A DNA stretch of 64,000 bases from Hypanus sabinus (Eukaryota): positions 95,666,001 through 95,730,000 of the forward strand of contig NC_082718.1 in NCBI RefSeq assembly GCF_030144855.1, read 5' to 3'. Below are positions 1 to 11,825 of this stretch, piece by piece. Made by a program: the position numbers and the translations under genes. The notes under the pieces are model-generated. The model worked only from the letters and a program-made list of their open reading frames with translations, had not been told where the DNA came from and searched no databases. Positions within the stretch are counted from its first letter, which is position 1, and each line of letters opens with the position of its first letter.

Positions 1-441
1 TTCTGAATACCAACCAACTAATAAAATTTAACATAGGGATCATAATAACTTCTAGGCTCTGCATAAATGCACTGTACTGGATAATTTCCTTGAGTTTGCA
101 CTGAAAGTTATGATCAGCAGGGAGGAATTAGGTGCAGGTGAAGGACAGTTACTGATTTTCCCTTTCAGACTAACCAGATTACCATTAGAGAACTCAAGAT
201 CTTTAACAAAAAGATAACTTCTCATTGTACTGAGATTAAACATACTCAGTAGAACTGAGATTTGCTAAGACATATTTCAGCCATACATGGTGGTGAGAAG
301 AATGCCTTGGATGTGCCATATTCCAAAGCCACAAGGCAGGTATATAAAAAAAGGACAAGGCCTTTTTCATTCAAGAGAGCCTTTAACCATTTCACCTACG
401 TCACTGACAAAAGAAAACTCACAAAACACCAGAACACTTAC

Positions 442-562
442 ATGCTGCATAAAGGGCCACTTTGTCATCATCTTTATGCTTCAGAAGATTTTCTGCATAG
501 TTTAATTTACTCCCTTTGAACCATTCAGGAGCATCCGCAATTCCTTTCCTCCTGTCAATCAC
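442..562 (-). CDS. AACS: Acetoacetyl-CoA synthetase, coding exon 3 (gene continues beyond the left edge)
   Basis: 121-bp exon with cag acceptor and gtaagt donor. Translates [40 protein letters not shown], matching the vertebrate [16 protein letters not shown] motif. In frame with exon 2 (phase 0). Confidence 0.95.
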
Positions 563-2513
563 CTGTGGCGACATTAATAGGAAATTTACTATTCATTTTG
601 CTTAAAACGTGTATAAGCTATGTATGCTGTTTATACACAGACGGTTAAATCTATATTCTGAACTGCAATTTTAATATTTTCACAAATACACGTGAAACAG
701 ATGAAGATTCAAATATTTTTTAAACAATCACTAAATGCTTATCAACTTATTCCTTTGAAGAATTAAAAAAAATAAACTTTTGTGCTTTTCACTTTATTAA
801 CATTCAGGTTTACATACAATCTATGAGGTAAGTACTTAAAAATATTAAAAAGACAAAAATACTGCATACACAGTTGATGCAAAACCACCAGCTTAAAATT
901 GATTTCCTGTTCCTTAGAATTAGGAATATGGGTTTAACAACGCAAGGTAAAATTATCTTATATTTCAGCAATAAAGTTCAAACAAGTGCAACAATAAAAA
1001 CCACTAGCGAGATGGTAAAGCAACTCTAAATGAATTTACAACATGAACTGCATTTCAAGGTTCAGATGATTTACGGGCATCTGTTCACAGATAGCCTGTT
1101 TGAGATGTTCTTTGTCGATTTGAAACATCAATTATGTTTAACAATCTGAAAACACTTTAATCAAAATAACCTGGACTTTTCGCAACTTATTTTGGATTAT
1201 ATTCTTCCTCATGGAGCATTTTTGCTTTGCTGACAGGTACATGTACAAGAATGCTCCATGAGGAAGTACATGAAAGGGACATGAATCCACAACCTTCTGA
1301 CTTGAAGGCCCTGAGCCACTGTGTTAGAGCAATTAGTATTACTTGAGAAATAATTTGCAAGCTGAAAAGAGGAACAAAACAAGAGTGCCCAGTGCACAAT
1401 TCATTTTCTGAAGTACATATTGTGCATCCATTTCAATTCATAGTTAATAAATATACAAGTTATGAAGCTACAGTGTATAATCTTCACCTTTACTTTTATT
1501 TCCACTATCCCATTGAATATACTACCCATCCCTTAGACTTCAGCACCAAACTATTTTGTTGACACAATGTTTTTAAAAAGGAGCTTATCTTTCATAGATA
1601 TAAAGCCAGTCTAATTCAACCCTCATAAATGCTTTCATTAATCTTTGACATTCACAGGAGGGTTGTAAGGGCCCATAGCCACCTTTCATAAGCACTAAAA
1701 TAAATATTGCTGAGGAGTTCACTACTAACATGGCCTGTGCCCCATCTTCACCCTGCACTGCTACATTCATCTTTATTTTCTTCTTCTCAATGAGCAATTT
1801 TGCCACAGAATAGTTTGGCGATCAGCAATTCTGCTCTGAAAAGACCCTGCAATCCATCTGTTCATTTGGCTCATACAGAATTCCACAAACAACCCCAGGA
1901 TCTGGTCAACCCTAAATACAAATACTGAGGCAGACAGTCCAAGACTAATCCATCTTTACTCATCCAGCAATGCCTAGTAATTCTCCCCCCACCCCCTTTA
2001 AGTAATATATCCTGAAGGATTATAGAACACAAGTACGAACTGCAGACTAAAAGTGACAAAGAGGTACTGTGGAGATTTGGAGAAGAAAAAAAAATTGCAG
2101 ACCCAGTTGCTTGCTGCAATAAAAATTTGGCTCTGTTACAAAAGAAAAAGTAACCAAACCATCAGCCAGTCAAAGGCCTGTTTAATCATGCCAGCTCAAC
2201 TGAAACATTTATTCATTGCAACTCACTCCTTGATCACTTTGTCTTTTCTGGCCTTCTTACCTCCTCTTGGGTTTTGAAGGGTTAAAAGAGTGGAGAAAAG
2301 AGGGGAAAACAAGTCAATTAATGGTCTGGAAAATACTCTTGTATCCTGGTTACCAATCTATCAAATCCTACACTAATCAATTTCCTATACAACAAAAGCA
2401 GGCTTAAAATGATCAATAGTTATTACAAAATCATGGCTTTCTTCCTCCACACCTCCTATTTATCAATCTGCCAATAGAAGATATTAAAATTCCACACCAA
2501 AATTAACATTATT

Positions 2514-3097
2514 TGTGAAACCCCCGGTTTCCTTGACCGCGTAAGTCCAGGGAAGACACTCTCTAGTCCCACCAAACCCTGAGGTAGAGTCAGCTCTCCC
2601 ACCCTAAACCCTGGTGTGTGCAGATGTTGGGTAATTTGCCACCCTGCTACAAATTAGTGCCACGAAATGATGGACAGTGCAGACAATGAAAGGAATTATA
2701 CGTATGACTCTTATCTTAACTAAAGGGTTAGTAAAGAAAAACAAAAAGGGCCTGTTTTAATTTATCAGTCAAATGTGTACAAGTTGGAGCTCCACCGTTT
2801 TCACCAATCCTCCATTAATCTCGACACCTGGCTTCATCGAATCCCAGTCCCACACCGGATCGAATCCTATGAACTGTTCTCTTGAGAGTCCTCTCTCCTC
2901 CTCTCCCCACCAAACAAAAGCCCCAAGACCAACCTTAGTGTCCCTCACCAGAAACCCCACCATCCTTTTTGGATGGCACACATTCCTCATCTTCAACAAT
3001 AACCCAGACAGGCTGAAAGCAGAACAGACTGCTCTTACAGAGCTGCCAAATGAAATGCCTGCAGCATAACAGTCAAGATGTGAACCAGGGTGTTGCA
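2514..3097. mobile_element. Probable solo LTR in AACS intron 2
   Basis: About 580 bp bounded by TGTGAAACCC...CCAGGGTGTTGCA (TG...CA with imperfect inverted ends). No clean TSD. Confidence 0.5.
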
Positions 3098-3220
3098 TTT
3101 ATAACAAATCACATACTAATAACTTCATAACATAAAGTTTTGTAGAACATAGGCTAACATGCTCACTGTTGGCATTTCCCTCTCCAACCAACCCTTTCAG
3201 CATAGGTACAGCAACCACAG

Positions 3221-3443
3221 ACAGGAGAAAGTCCGCAGATGCTGGAAATCCAAGCGACACACAAAATACTGGAGGATCTCAGCAGGTCAAGCAGCATCTG
3301 TGGAAAAAAGTAAGGAGTCGACATCATGGGCTGAAACCCCTCATGGGTCCTGATGAAAGGTCTCAGTCCAAAATGGTGACTGTTTGCTCTTTTCCATAGA
3401 AGCTGTCTGGCCGCAGAGTTCCTCCAATATTTTGTGTGCGTGG
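3221..3443. mobile_element. Palindromic Penelope pseudo-LTR insertion
   Basis: Two inverted copies of the Penelope 3' pseudo-LTR meeting at about 3347. Flanked by acag(c/g)aaccacag direct repeats at 3208-3220 and 3444-3456. Confidence 0.75.
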
Positions 3444-4038
3444 ACAGGAACCACAGGCCAGCTGGCCTGATATCAGCAGAAGGGAAAAAGCTGCAATCTA
3501 ATATTAAAAAATTTGGTATCAGATAACATAAATAACAGCTCTGGTAAGAGACAATGTAAATTCATGGTCAGGAAATAGTACTGGGCAAACCTGTAAAAAT
3601 TTGAAGTGACAAATAGCAGAACAGACAAGGGAGACCCAGTGAATGTATATGTGAACTTCCAGAAAGCCACTGGCAAAGGTGGTCACATACAAGAGGTCAT
3701 TAATCAAGAAAAGCATACTTGTGTACATTGAGGATTAATTCACACAGAATAAAGATATGAAATATAATGTATGAATTACTTGCAGTATAACCATAGAATT
3801 AAATTACTAAATTCCTCTGCTCCCAGGCCCAGGGAGTCAGCATCACAAAAGCTACTTTGTGCTGGATACTCTAAAACCTACCACAAGGTTTGACTGTTTT
3901 TAATCCATAATATTCTACACTCCACTGGCCGCCCTATCCTCATAAGGCACATTTCTTCATGTTTTTGGCACGCTTCCCGCAACACACTTTAGGAAAAAGG
4001 AAAATAAAAACTAATTTCAAATTAATAAATCATCTTAC

Positions 4039-4142
4039 CTCACTGTAATGATGAGAATAAACCAATCCACTAAATTTCCAAAACTCTGCCCAAAACTCCG
4101 GATAGTTCTCCACCGACCACTGATACAGTTCATTATAATTGG
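4039..4142 (-). CDS. AACS: Acetoacetyl-CoA synthetase, coding exon 2
   Basis: 104-bp exon with ttttacag acceptor and gtaaga donor. Translates (A)[34 protein letters not shown]. Joins exon 1 in phase 1. Confidence 0.95.
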
Positions 4143-5269
4143 CTGTAAAAACCAATAAAAGTGTTTTAAATCCTGGCTGTCCAGTTGCATTAGGAAACCC
4201 ATTCCTTTTTTTTGCTCCAGTACTAATTGGTATAAATTACAGTTGGGTGCAGGATGTCTTTTATTATTCACATATCCAAAGGCACCAACACCCGCCACTC
4301 AGTTACTGATTAGCTTGAAACCACAGCTATTAACCTGTTGTAGCATCATGAATTACTTTTTTAAAATTGCATATCTTCATTTTCAATCACTGTAGCCACA
4401 AGCCTTGCAGTCATCCAACTTTATTCCAAGGGAATATCGCTTGACAAATTTATTCCAAGGGAATGTTTTGTCAAACTGCCAACATAACATTTGACTACAA
4501 AATATCAATTTTAAAAATCACAGAATTGGGAATTCATAGGTGCAAATATTTTCTTAGCAAATGCAACCCAATTTATTTTCATTATTAAATAATTGCAAGA
4601 ATATGGCATTTCGTGCATTTTAAAACGTTACCTGTCAGAACTACTTATCCAGTGTGAGCAAAAACAAGTCCAAAGCACACTGCCTATATACAGTAGTAGG
4701 ATACTGACCTGATTCGAAATACACGATCATTCAGGCCAATATTAAAAGGAAAAATCTTAGAGCAATTATAAACAAATCATTCTCAGCAGGCAATCACGGA
4801 CTGACAGGGAGAGCTATCCAATTAATCAAAAGAGATGGTATCTGAAAGCAGAGTGATGTGGAAGAACCACAACGAGGACGCGAGGAATTTCAAGAGGAAC
4901 GGGGCGAGGCAATGAAGCAACTTGTGGGCGAGGTTCGGGGGGTTTTAAATTAGCTGCATGAAGAAACACAATTCCATAAGCCAGGCTATTCCATTCCGAC
5001 AAATATTGGATAGGGAAGCTATTTCAGTCACGCAATTGTAAACAGCTGACTTTAATGTGACATTTCATAAAGGCGCTCCGGAGAGCAATGGAATTAATCC
5101 GTCGGAACTGCTGTCAGTCACGAAAGACATAACGACGATCAACCTTATTTAATTAGGCCCAAGAAAGTGGAACAGTGATTGAATTGTTCAGGAGAAATAT
5201 AGACCAGGTGGACAGAAGAGAACGGGACACTTCAAACATCCTGGGCGACGATGGGTTGCAATCACAGAC

Positions 5270-5910
5270 CAATGGTGGCAGCTTCTAGCCACCGTGCATC
5301 TGACAACGGCGACACTTACCGAGCTGCAGGCCAAACTTGTCATTGATGAGCTTCCTGAATTGGTCCATGTGCGTGTTCCTTTTGGAGTCGGGGTACCACA
5401 TCACTTTAGATTCCACAATTTCCTCGCACACTACGTCCTCCTTCGACATCGTGGCCGCTGGCTACCTTGCGTCCCGGTCGCAAGTCAACGTGTCTGTAAT
5501 GCAACCCCCGGTGATGCGCTTCGGCCGTGCGCGCAAGCCCTCGCCGGCTCCGCTTGCGAAGGCGAGCAGCGACCGCTCCGGAGTCCGAGCCGAACCGAGG
5601 TCGGGACAAAGCGGTGGGGAGCGAGCGGGGAAGACACGCAAATAAAATCGCCTCCGATAGCCCGGCTGTTTTCCCCGCTCCCTCTCTGCACGGTCAGCCC
5701 AGCCTAGCCCATCGACGCCCGCTTCCACGATTGGCTGCAGCCGCCTCAAGTCATTGTATCGGCTGAGAAAAGACGCGGAGGTGTGACCAATCAGCGAGGC
5801 GTAAACGCTCGCCCGGCGCAAAACCGCCCAATACCCGAGCGGCATCGACTTACACCGCTCTGCCCAATTAGGCTCCTGCGCTGGAACAAAGATCAGCGCT
5901 CCAACCAATC
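5270..5910 (-). promoter_or_regulatory. AACS CpG-island promoter with clustered CCAAT boxes and a GC box
   Basis: Locally GC- and CpG-rich in a CpG-depleted background. ATTGG at 5730; CCAAT at 5787, 5828, 5864 and 5905; CCGCCC at 5824. Confidence 0.8.
5320..5449 (-). CDS. AACS: Acetoacetyl-CoA synthetase, coding exon 1
   Basis: ATG at 5449 (context gccacgATG) within a CpG island. Translates MSKEDVVCEEIVESKVMWYPDSKRNTHMDQFRKLINDKFGLQL, followed by a gtaagt donor. Resembles the human AACS N-terminus MSKEE...VMWEPDSKKNTQMDRFR. Confidence 0.95.
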
Positions 5911-6764
5911 ACTGCAAAGAGGGTCACATCCTTCCTGGCAGGCAACGATGCTGGCAACCTCGGGCACTTTATGGAGTGTTGAATCGCAGGAGAGTGTCTT
6001 GATACTTCGATACCAGACTCTATTCTTCCCCTTAGCTATTATTGTTGGTTTGCAAGTTCACTCCCGTTGTGACGGGAATTGGGTATTTCATAAAAATTAC
6101 AAATTAGGTGAAAACTCACAAATGATTTTATTTTAATGTCTCTCCTTTGAGTAACTTAGATTTAAAATGTCCAAAAACTGATTCATTAAAATATTTCCGA
6201 ACGCTTGAATAATAGAGAGAATTTTATAAGTCAAGCATTATTAAGTATAAATGATTAAAGCTGAATATTGAGAAAGGCGGGGCATCGATGTTATTGTGCG
6301 GGGGGGGGTTGTGCGAATGCAAGTAGGGTTTGGAGGCGGATGTTCTTAATACATTTCGTGTGGGGGGAGTTAATGATCATGTTGCCATTCTTTTTTATGT
6401 GGGGCGGGGTGCTGTTTCCCACTAAACTGACTTCAGAGGTTTTTCTTGGTTTCGTGGCTATTTGGGGAAGAAAATTCTCGGAATTGTATGCGGCCTACAT
6501 ACTATGGTAATAAATGAACATGTGAAAGGCATGCAAAAAGAGATTCCTCACTTCAGAAGTGAGCTAAGCCCTCAAACTAAACGGTAACATTCCTTGCAAC
6601 GGTAAGCGAAAACGGGATCAAGTTTAAATCTACTGTAATGCTGCAGGCGAGAGGTGGGAAGTGAATGGAAAGTCAAACATGGGTTAAATGAAACAAAGTG
6701 TTAAGGATAAAGGAGTTGAGGTGTTACTTTGAAGTGTGTGAAGGGTGGAAATGGGAGGAAATAG

Positions 6765-6875
6765 GAACACCCCAGGGAGTCACGGACAGAGGGTGTAACC
6801 TCCATATGCATAACACTCGAGACTGAACCTGGGTCACTGAAACTGTGAGGCGGCAATTCTACTTGCTGTGTCATT
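6765..6875 (-). mobile_element. Degenerate tRNA-derived SINE head
   Basis: Resembles the reverse complement of the SINE at about 17010-17250, with a B-box-like GGTTCAGTCTC. Confidence 0.45.
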
Positions 6876-6914
6876 TGCCTCTCACCAGTTTTAGGATTTT
6901 TGGTTAAAGAATTT

Positions 6915-7125
6915 TGTTTTCTCAGAGAATTGTGAACTTTTAGAATTTTCCACCCCAGAGCACTGTGGAAGCTGCATCTTTAATGACGCTCATAGGCAAA
7001 TGCTTGATCCAGAGAGGGGCCCAGGAAAATGGCACTCCGGGCAAGACCAGATCAGCAATGACCACATTCAACGGGGACCAGGCTGGAGGAGCCATGTGAA
7101 CTGGTCCTTTTCCTTTTCTTATGTA
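6915..7125 (+). mobile_element. CR1-type LINE 3' remnant
   Basis: ttctcagagaattgtgaac...agatcagcaatg...tcttatgt, a typical CR1 3' end. Confidence 0.55.
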
Positions 7126-7854
7126 AATCTATAGATTATGATAATCATTTATATTTCTTAAGCAGATCTGTTAATCAAAACCACTCATGTATGTGGCACT
7201 GCTAATATGTCAAGAGTGTTACTTCAATGTTCCTTTCTTTAAGCTTACTGAAAATGCTTGAGAAATCCGGGTTGCATGGTTGTCTGATCCAGCACAATTC
7301 CAACCACCAGTCACCATTGTTTGATCAAGAACTGAAGGTCACTGATTGTGTGCTGTGAGGAAATTGTCTACGTAAATAAAGGTATCAATCTGTTTACCTC
7401 TGTTTGAACTATTTTATTTCAATTATCATTGTCTGTAACACAAGGTTCAGCACTGCCAAACAATGAAGAGGAGGACAATTGCTATTGTACACGTTGTTGT
7501 CAGAGTCTTGCTGAGGTGATATGGAAGACGCAGCAACAATTGGCCAGGTCTAGTGGAAGAGGCGGAAGAGGAACGCTGCGGTGACCCAATCCAACGGATT
7601 GCAAAGGAAGCCCTGGTCCAGGTGCGGAGTTCGGATGATACGTGATGAAATAAGCAAACAAGAATTGCTGAAATTCTGCAGCCGGATGGCACAGTCAATA
7701 TTAACTGGTAATTATTACTGATATCTCAGGACACATAAAAAAAGACATGACATGACCAGACCTATAGAACTTCAAATAAAATGTTAGTTGCAGAAAAAAA
7801 TCACCTTTGTAAAACTTGAATGCAAAAATGTGCAAAAACATTGATATGAAAAAT

Positions 7855-8460
7855 CTGGATTGAAGTTCAAAGTAAATTTATTATCAAAGTCACCATATAC
7901 TACCCTGAGATTCATCTTCTGGCAGACATTCACTGAACAAAGAACGACAACAGAATCAGTGAAAAACAACCAGGTACAAATACCAAAAAAAACACAAATA
8001 AAAGTAAATAGTACAACAACGTGAGTTGTAGGGTCCTTGAAAGTGAGCCCATAGGTTGTGGAATCAGTTCAGTGTTGAGATGAGTGAAGTTACGCACACT
8101 GGTTCAGAGCCTGATGGTTCAAGGATAATAACTGTTCCTCAGACTGGTGATACGTCCACCGTGGACGGTCCCAAGCCCGGCGGTGAAAGGAAGAGGGCTG
8201 GGCATAGGGCTGGCAACCCTTATCCATAAAAACCCACAGCTACAGAAATGCCAACAAAACCTCCAAAGACCTCATCCCTGAGAGAGGAAAGATCTTTGCC
8301 AAAAGATGTGTGACAGCATGTGGCGAAGTGAGCTGCTGTTGGCAGCCTATGCCCTAGCAGAGGTAATGGGCTGAAGAAGAAGAACCCAGTGGTGAAGGAC
8401 ATAAGGCTCCTCTGCCTCCTTTCTGAAGGCAGTAGCAAGAAGGGAGAATGTCATAGACAG
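7855..8460 (-). mobile_element. L2-type LINE 3' end with a nested RTE-derived fragment (about 8155-8385, GAA tail)
   Basis: The 3' tail caaagtaaatttattatcaaagt and the SLLLLPS-type 3' region recur elsewhere in the window. Confidence 0.55.
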
Positions 8461-8654
8461 TAAACTGTGCAAGTGCTAGTAAGTTCTCCCAACTTTTCTG
8501 GCTGATATTTATCCCTAAATCAAAGCTCAAGGGGAGACATGCTGGTATTATATATTTGTGGGAACTTGCTGTGCACATATTGGCTGCTATTTTTCCCAAG
8601 TTACTATAGTAACTACACTGAATGACTGTGAAGCACTCTGGGAAATCCTTGTGC

Positions 8655-9240
8655 TGCAAGACTCCAGATTCGAGACTGCTTAATGTCATATCCAGTACGC
8701 ACAATAAGTGTAAAGGAGAATGAAGTCATTGTTACTCCCGATTCAATGCAGCACAAAAAAATCAAAGCATAAGATAAAGAATGTAATAATATTTTTTAAA
8801 GACACAATAAATAAATAGTTGCTATCCCTTACACCATAGATCCTCCATCTCTGTCTGTCCTTGGCCATTTTCTCTATTGTGCCCCAGGTGTGGTTCAGGG
8901 TCCTCACTTCTGCCTCTATGGTATAAATACATAAGATATCTTATTAAAGTGATGCTAGGCATTGAAGTATCTGTTCATGAGGTGACTGACAGGAAATGAT
9001 ATAGTAGAGGTGGTAGAGGGCATGGAGTTGTGGGTTACTGGGTGGTTGTGTTGATCAGCCTTTAATACTTGGAGAAAGTAACTTTTTCGGAGTCTGGTGG
9101 TCCTGGCGTGGAAACTATATGGCCTCCCCCGGATGGAAGTGGGACAAACAGTGGGTGGGTGGGATCCATCATGTCACTGGCCCTTTTCCAGCACATATCT
9201 GAATAAGTGTCCTTAATGGTAGGTTGGCTGGTGCCAGTCA
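8655..9240 (-). mobile_element. L2-type LINE 3' remnant
   Basis: Translates DPTHPLFVPLPSG, the same family motif as at 40608-41018. Confidence 0.55.
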
Positions 9241-9320
9241 CTGGGTATTTTTTACAATCCATTGTGCGGAACTCCTGTCTGCCACAGTACATTTTCCTAC
9301 ATAAGCTCTATAGACTGGCA

Positions 9321-10958
9321 ACACACACAAAATGCTGGTGGAACACAGAAGGCCAGGCAGCATCTATAAGGAGAAGCACTGTCAACGTTTCGGGCTGAGA
9401 CCCTTCATCAGGTCTAACTGAAAGGAAAGATACTAAGAGATTTGAAAGTAGTGGGGAGAGGGGGTAATGCAAAATGATAGGAGATCTGGAGGGGGTGGGA
9501 TGAAGCTAAGAGCTGGAAAGGTGATTGGCGAAAGTGTTACAGAACTGGAGAAGGGAAAGGATCATGGGACGGGAGACCTCGGGAGAAAGAAGGGGGGGGT
9601 AGGGAATCACCAGAGGGAGATGGAGAACAGGAAAACAACTAAATATGTCAGGGATGGGGGCATTAACAGAAGTTAGAGAAGTCAATGTTCATGCCATCAG
9701 GTTGGAGGCTACCCAGCCGGTATATAAGGTGTTGTTCCTACAACCTGAGTTTGGATTCATTTTGACAGTAGAGGAGGCGATGGATAGACATATCAGAATG
9801 GGAATGGGACGTGGAATTAAAATGTGTGGCCACTGGGAGATCCTGCTTTCTCTGGCAGACCGAGCACAGGTGTTCAGCAAAACGGTCTCCCAGTCTGCGT
9901 CGGGTCTCACCAATATATAAAAGGCCACACCGGGAGCACCGGACGCAGTATACCACACCAGCCAACTCACAGGTGAAGTGTCGCCTCACCTGGAAGGACT
10001 GTCTGGGGCCCTGAATGGTGGTGAGGGAGGAAATGTAAGGGCAGGTGTAGCACTTGTTCCGCTTACAAGGATAAGTGCCAGGAGGGAGATCGGTTGGAAG
10101 GGATTTGGGGGACAAGTAGATGAGGGAATTGCGTAGGGAGTGATCCCTGTGGAAAGCAGAAAGGGGGGGGGGAAGGGAAAGATGTGCTTGGTAGTGGGAT
10201 CCCGTTGGAGGTGGCAGAAGTTGCGGAGAATTATACGTTGGACCTGGAGGCTGGTGGGGTGGTAGGTGAGAACAAGGGGAACCCTATCCCGAGTGGGGTG
10301 GCGGGCGGATGGGGTGAGGGCAGATGTGCGGGAAATGGGAGAGATGCGTTTGAGAGCAGAGTTGATGGTGGAAGAAGGGAAGCCCCTTTGTTTAAAAAAG
10401 GAAGACATCTCCTTAGTCCTGGAATGAAAAGCCTCATCCTGAGAGCAGATGCAGCAGAGACGGAGGAATTGTGAGAAGGGGATAGCATTTTTGCAAGAGA
10501 CAGGGTGGGATGAGGAATAGTCCAGGTAGCTGTGAGAGTCTGTAGGCTTATAGTAGATATCAGTAGACAGGCCGTCTCCAGAGATGGAGACAGAAAGATT
10601 AAGAAAGGGGAGAGAGGTGTCGGAAATGGACCAGGTAAATTTGAGGGCAGGGTGAAAGTTGGAGGCAAAGTTACTGAAGTCAATGAGCTCAGCATGCATG
10701 CAGGAAGCAGTGCCAATGTCGTCGATGTAGCAAAGGAGAAGAGTGGGACGGATACCTGTATAGACTTGGAACATGGACTGTTCCACAAAGCCAACAAAAA
10801 GGGAGGCATAACTGGGACCCATACGGGTGCCCATGGCTACACCCTTGGTTTGGAGGAAGTGGGAGGAGCCAAAGGAGAAATTATTGAGAGTAAGAACTAA
10901 TTCTGCTAGACGGAGGAGAGTGGTGGTAGAGGGGAATTGGTTAGGTCTGGAATCCAAA
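9321..10958 (-). mobile_element. 5'-truncated Penelope-like retroelement (RT C-terminal half, GIY-YIG endonuclease, 3' pseudo-LTR)
   Basis: ORF 9986-10975 has QTKGVAMGTRMGPSYA and YIDD. ORF 9738-10115 has GVVYCVRCSRCGLLYIGETRRRLGDRFAEH. Frameshifted. TSD cta(t/c)agactggca at 9308-9320 and 10962-10974. Confidence 0.92.
9379..9417 (-). ncRNA. Minimal hammerhead ribozyme motif in Penelope pseudo-LTR
   Basis: Minus strand reads CUGAUGA-AGGGUCUCAGCCC-GAAAC-GUU-GACAG. Core is intact and stem I is imperfect. Confidence 0.65.
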
Positions 10959-11286
10959 ACCCTACAGACTGGCATGTCTTATTTTCATTATAATTTATAA
11001 TTTCAAATGTTAGATAACTATAATGCAGTATTTACAGATTGAAAAAGAAACAAAATACATATGTCAAGATCACAAAAGGTTTAGCAGCAACCGCTAAAAT
11101 GCTAAATCTCCATCTACAATTGAATAAGTTTGGTTCTTATACACAAAGTGAATAATCTAATTCATTTTTACCATTTATAGCCATTCTAATTAATTGTAAT
11201 ATTAAGAAGTGACGTTAATCAAGCTTGACATCTTAAAACAAACAGTGTTTCCAACTATAATTATTTATTTCTTTCAATGCTCTTCC

Positions 11287-11825
11287 ATAAGACATGGCAG
11301 CAGAACTGGGCCACCAAGTCTGCTCTGCCATTTAAGCATGGCTGATTTGTTATCCCTCGAAACCCCCATTCTCCTGTCTACTTCCCCCATGATGTGAAGC
11401 ACGAGATTACAATATCATAAAAACGTTTCAGACTCCACCACAGGCAATTAAAGTGCAGGTCTATCACAAATATGCAGAAAACTATTTTTGAGAAATTACT
11501 GATTTACAGTTACCACTATATAAATCACTGAAAAAACAGCACCCTGTGGGGTATCCAATAAATGAAGGGTACTGTGAATATTCAGTTGACTCTATTTAGT
11601 TAAGCCATAGGTGATTCAGGTTTGAAATACATACTTATCCAAGGACAAGTTTCTCTCAGTCTTTGCACTATGTTTTCTTTTAAATTGGGTTAATTTATGT
11701 AAGACCATAAAATATAGAAACAGAATTGGGCCATTTGGCCCATCGAGTCTGCTCCACCATTCAATCATGGCTGATCCTTTTCTCCCTCCTCAGCTCCACT
11801 CCCCAGTATTCTCCCCATAACCTTT
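11287..11825 (-). mobile_element. Two short CR1-type 3' tails (about 11287-11395 and 11700-11825)
   Basis: ccataaga...gcagaattgggccatttggcccatcgagtctgctccaccattcaatcatggctgat motif. Confidence 0.6.

Noticed and set aside
5294-6136. Many overlapping ORFs of 67-148 aa (similar set at 33595-34078)
   Set aside because: By-products of GC-rich CpG islands. The real frames are the spliced AACS and BRI3BP first exons.
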